From positions 2,511 through 66,510 of the forward strand of contig CANGXP010000005.1 of assembly GCA_947457935.1 (NCBI GenBank): a DNA stretch of 64,000 bases, read 5' to 3'. Positions 61,865 to 64,000 of this stretch are shown one piece after another (within the stretch, counting starts at the first letter, position 1; every line of letters begins with the position of its first letter). Under the pieces are notes generated by a model, which did not search any database, was not told the origin of the DNA, and worked only from the letters and a program-made list of their open reading frames with translations. The position numbers and the translations under genes were made by a program. This DNA comes from Alphaproteobacteria bacterium (GTDB taxonomy: Bacteria; Pseudomonadota; Alphaproteobacteria; JAJTHO01; CANGXP01).

Positions 61865-63227
61865 CACTCTGCCCATACCCCAACCCTAAAATCATCGCAT
61901 AAAACACCGCGATACTTGGCATTTGCAAGCTAAAATCTATCATTGCATGTGCACCCACCAAAACAGAAACGGCGACCGCGAGCGTTGGATAAATTTTCTG
62001 CCGTTGCCGCCTTTTTATACCGCGCCAACAAATAGCAATAATCCACAGAATGCTTGTGTAAAACAGGATTGCAGCAGGAATGCCTAGCTCAAAAATCAAC
62101 TCTAAATAGTCATTATGGGCACGATCATAATAGCCTACCACCGTATAATCCCGATAGAGCGGGAAGGTGTTTTTAAAATTCCCCAAGCCATATCCCGTGA
62201 GCGGTGCATCCTCAATAGCTTGCACCAAAATTGCATAAACAGGCCACCGCCCCTCTTCCGCCAAATCCGCTGACATACGTCCGAAAGTGCGGGTATTGCT
62301 CCCCGCAACAACCGCCACGATCATCGCAATGGCAGCAACACCCCCCAACAGCTTTACCCACCGTGGCAAGCGTGTTGTGCGTAACGAAAACCCAATAAGT
62401 GTCAACATCCCCGCTACCGTGCTCATAAAACCCGCGCGCGAGTTACTCAGCAATACCGTACTCAACACCACAAAAACTGCCGTAAGCATCAATAAACTTT
62501 GTGGTTTGAGTAACTCTTTAATCATCCGCTGCATAAAGGAACGCCGCCGCAACCGCGCCTTTTCTGCAATAATTTTCAAGCGTTGCGTCCACAGTGCCAT
62601 CAGGCACAACGTGCCTACCCCTGCAAACGTGGCATAAGAGTTTCTATTCACAAACGTGCTGGTCAGATCCTTGAAATACGCCCATTTCGCCGTCCAAAGA
62701 ATACTGGTGTTGCCATTAAAATAAATCCACAACCCATAACATGCATAGCCTAATGCCGCAAAACTCAAGGCTTTAAGGGCTATTTCTGCCCGTTTGGCAT
62801 TGTGCGTAAGAAGCGCGGTTAAAATAAAAACGAGTGCATAGCTAAAAAATCGGAGAATGTGTTGATAGGTGCGTTGCGTATCAAGCGCGATGCTACTGTG
62901 TAAGGGCTTGCCCAAGGCCTTCTCTGCTTCTTGCCACAACGGATGATGCCATGCAACAGGCGTGAAAGACGCTGTTTGCAAGGCTGCCCACAGCAAAACC
63001 AGTAAAAATAGCAGCAGCGGTATTTTTAACGGGGATAAGGCAGGTAGAGTGACGGGAGATTCACCCCGCACCGCTAATAATGCGAAGAAAACCGTTGCAA
63101 GCGTTGTTATGCCGATGCACAGCGGCAACCACGCCCAATCCCGCGCCGCGCCAAAAGGAAACGGGGACAGCACCACCAAGGCAAGCAGTGCATAGAAAAT
63201 ACCAAGGGCGATGGGGCGCGTTGTCAT
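61851..63227 (-). CDS. O-antigen ligase family (Wzy_C) membrane protein
   Basis: 12-TM protein with [17 protein letters not shown] loop motif. Confidence 0.7.
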   Translation of the reverse strand: MTTRPIALGIFYALLALVVLSPFPFGAARDWAWLPLCIGITTLATVFFALLAVRGESPVTLPALSPLKIPLLLFLLVLLWAALQTASFTPVAWHHPLWQEAEKALGKPLHSSIALDTQRTYQHILRFFSYALVFILTALLTHNAKRAEIALKALSFAALGYACYGLWIYFNGNTSILWTAKWAYFKDLTSTFVNRNSYATFAGVGTLCLMALWTQRLKIIAEKARLRRRSFMQRMIKELLKPQSLLMLTAVFVVLSTVLLSNSRAGFMSTVAGMLTLIGFSLRTTRLPRWVKLLGGVAAIAMIVAVVAGSNTRTFGRMSADLAEEGRWPVYAILVQAIEDAPLTGYGLGNFKNTFPLYRDYTVVGYYDRAHNDYLELIFELGIPAAILFYTSILWIIAICWRGIKRRQRQKIYPTLAVAVSVLVGAHAMIDFSLQMPSIAVFYAMILGLGYGQSVTRQ

Positions 63228-63318
63228 AAAGGAGGCAAGAATAGATGGGCAGGAGGAAAGAGAAAAGGGATTATCTAGAAAACTTCTAGCCTTCTGCCTT
63301 CCAACTCCCGCCTCGTTT

Positions 63319-63449
63319 TATAGTTATTCCAAAACAAAATTACCCGCTGGCGAAAACAACCGCAACCGAGCGAAAGTGTACATCTTAGTACATGAGCGAG
63401 GTTAAGGGAAGTTTGCAGTCGTGGGTAACTTTGTTTTGGAGTGACTATC
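63319..63449 (+). mobile_element. Palindromic MITE-like element copy 5 (divergent)
   Basis: TA-TAGTTATTCCAAAACAAAATTACCC ... GGGTAACTTTGTTTTGGAGTGACTA-TC. Core homologous to copy 1. It ends one base before the recA stop codon. Confidence 0.55.
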
Positions 63450-64000
63450 TTATTCCGCAGCGTTCGGCTCAACACCCTCTTCGTCGGCACCGTCGTTGTC
63501 ATTTGATAACAACGCATCGACCAACCCTGTGTTGCCGCGCAACGCTTTTTCGATTTGCTCGGCAATCGCAATGTTTTCTTTAAGGAAGATTTTGGCGTTT
63601 TCGCGGCCTTGACCAATTTTCTGATTGTTATACGCAAACCATGCACCTGACTTTTCAATCAATCCTGCTTTCACGCCAAGATCAATGAGTTCGCCCATTT
63701 TGGAGATCCCTTGGCTGTACATAATGTCAAATTCCACCTGACGGAACGGCGGCGCAACCTTATTCTTCACCACTTTCACGCGGGTATTATTGCCAATAAT
63801 TTCTTCGCCTACTTTAATTTGCCCGATGCGGCGAATATCCAATCGCACGGACGCATAGAATTTCAGCGCGTTCCCGCCTGTTGTTGTTTCAGGATTGCCA
63901 AACATCACGCCGATTTTCTGGCGAATCTGGTTGATAAAAATAACCATACAATTTGTGCGAGAAATAGACGCAGTGAGCTTGCGCAAGGCTTGGCTCATTA
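63450..64000 (-). CDS. recA: Recombinase RecA (C-terminal part; gene continues beyond window end)
   Basis: [40 protein letters not shown] is the canonical RecA L2/core sequence. Confidence 0.97.
   Translation of the reverse strand, partial: MSQALRKLTASISRTNCMVIFINQIRQKIGVMFGNPETTTGGNALKFYASVRLDIRRIGQIKVGEEIIGNNTRVKVVKNKVAPPFRQVEFDIMYSQGISKMGELIDLGVKAGLIEKSGAWFAYNNQKIGQGRENAKIFLKENIAIAEQIEKALRGNTGLVDALLSNDNDGADEEGVEPNAAE

Overview
This is a chromosomal segment with roughly even GC by eye and an alphaproteobacterial-looking gene complement. Recognisable housekeeping genes are recJ, a polyamine cluster (deoxyhypusine-synthase-like protein, carboxy(nor)spermidine dehydrogenase and decarboxylase), yfgM-bamB, sucC/sucD, a fused glyQS, SURF1-coxB-coxA, mdh, purB, a 5-formyltetrahydrofolate cyclo-ligase, dps, hom, a 7Fe ferredoxin, pntAB (split alpha subunit), and the C-terminal part of recA running off the window end. 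Accessory content is dense. There are four type II toxin-antitoxin pairs plus one antitoxin remnant. A low-GC type II restriction-modification pair is present. A conserved six-gene cyclopropane-fatty-acid-synthase-like lipid cluster lies on the minus strand. A histidine kinase / receiver / GAF-adenylate-cyclase / unknown-protein operon is present. An orphan 869-aa LamG/esterase/Thr-rich tail-fibre-like protein sits next to dps. Several low-GC orphan proteins are scattered through the window.

The most striking unexplained structure is a family of about 129-bp palindromic elements that insert at TA dinucleotides. Five copies are present, with roughly 33-bp terminal inverted repeats. One copy splits a higB-like toxin gene, one overlaps the recJ start, one supplies the stop codon of the yfgM-like gene, and one abuts the recA stop. 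One copy is a 31-bp version made only of the two ends. A decayed copy appears to be embedded in-frame, as about 43 codons, inside the essential glyS part of the fused glyQS gene. A separate roughly 64-bp palindrome sits in-frame inside the glyQ part. A tandem array of four approximately 127-bp repeats lies immediately upstream of glyQS. No rRNA, tRNA or CRISPR array was seen.
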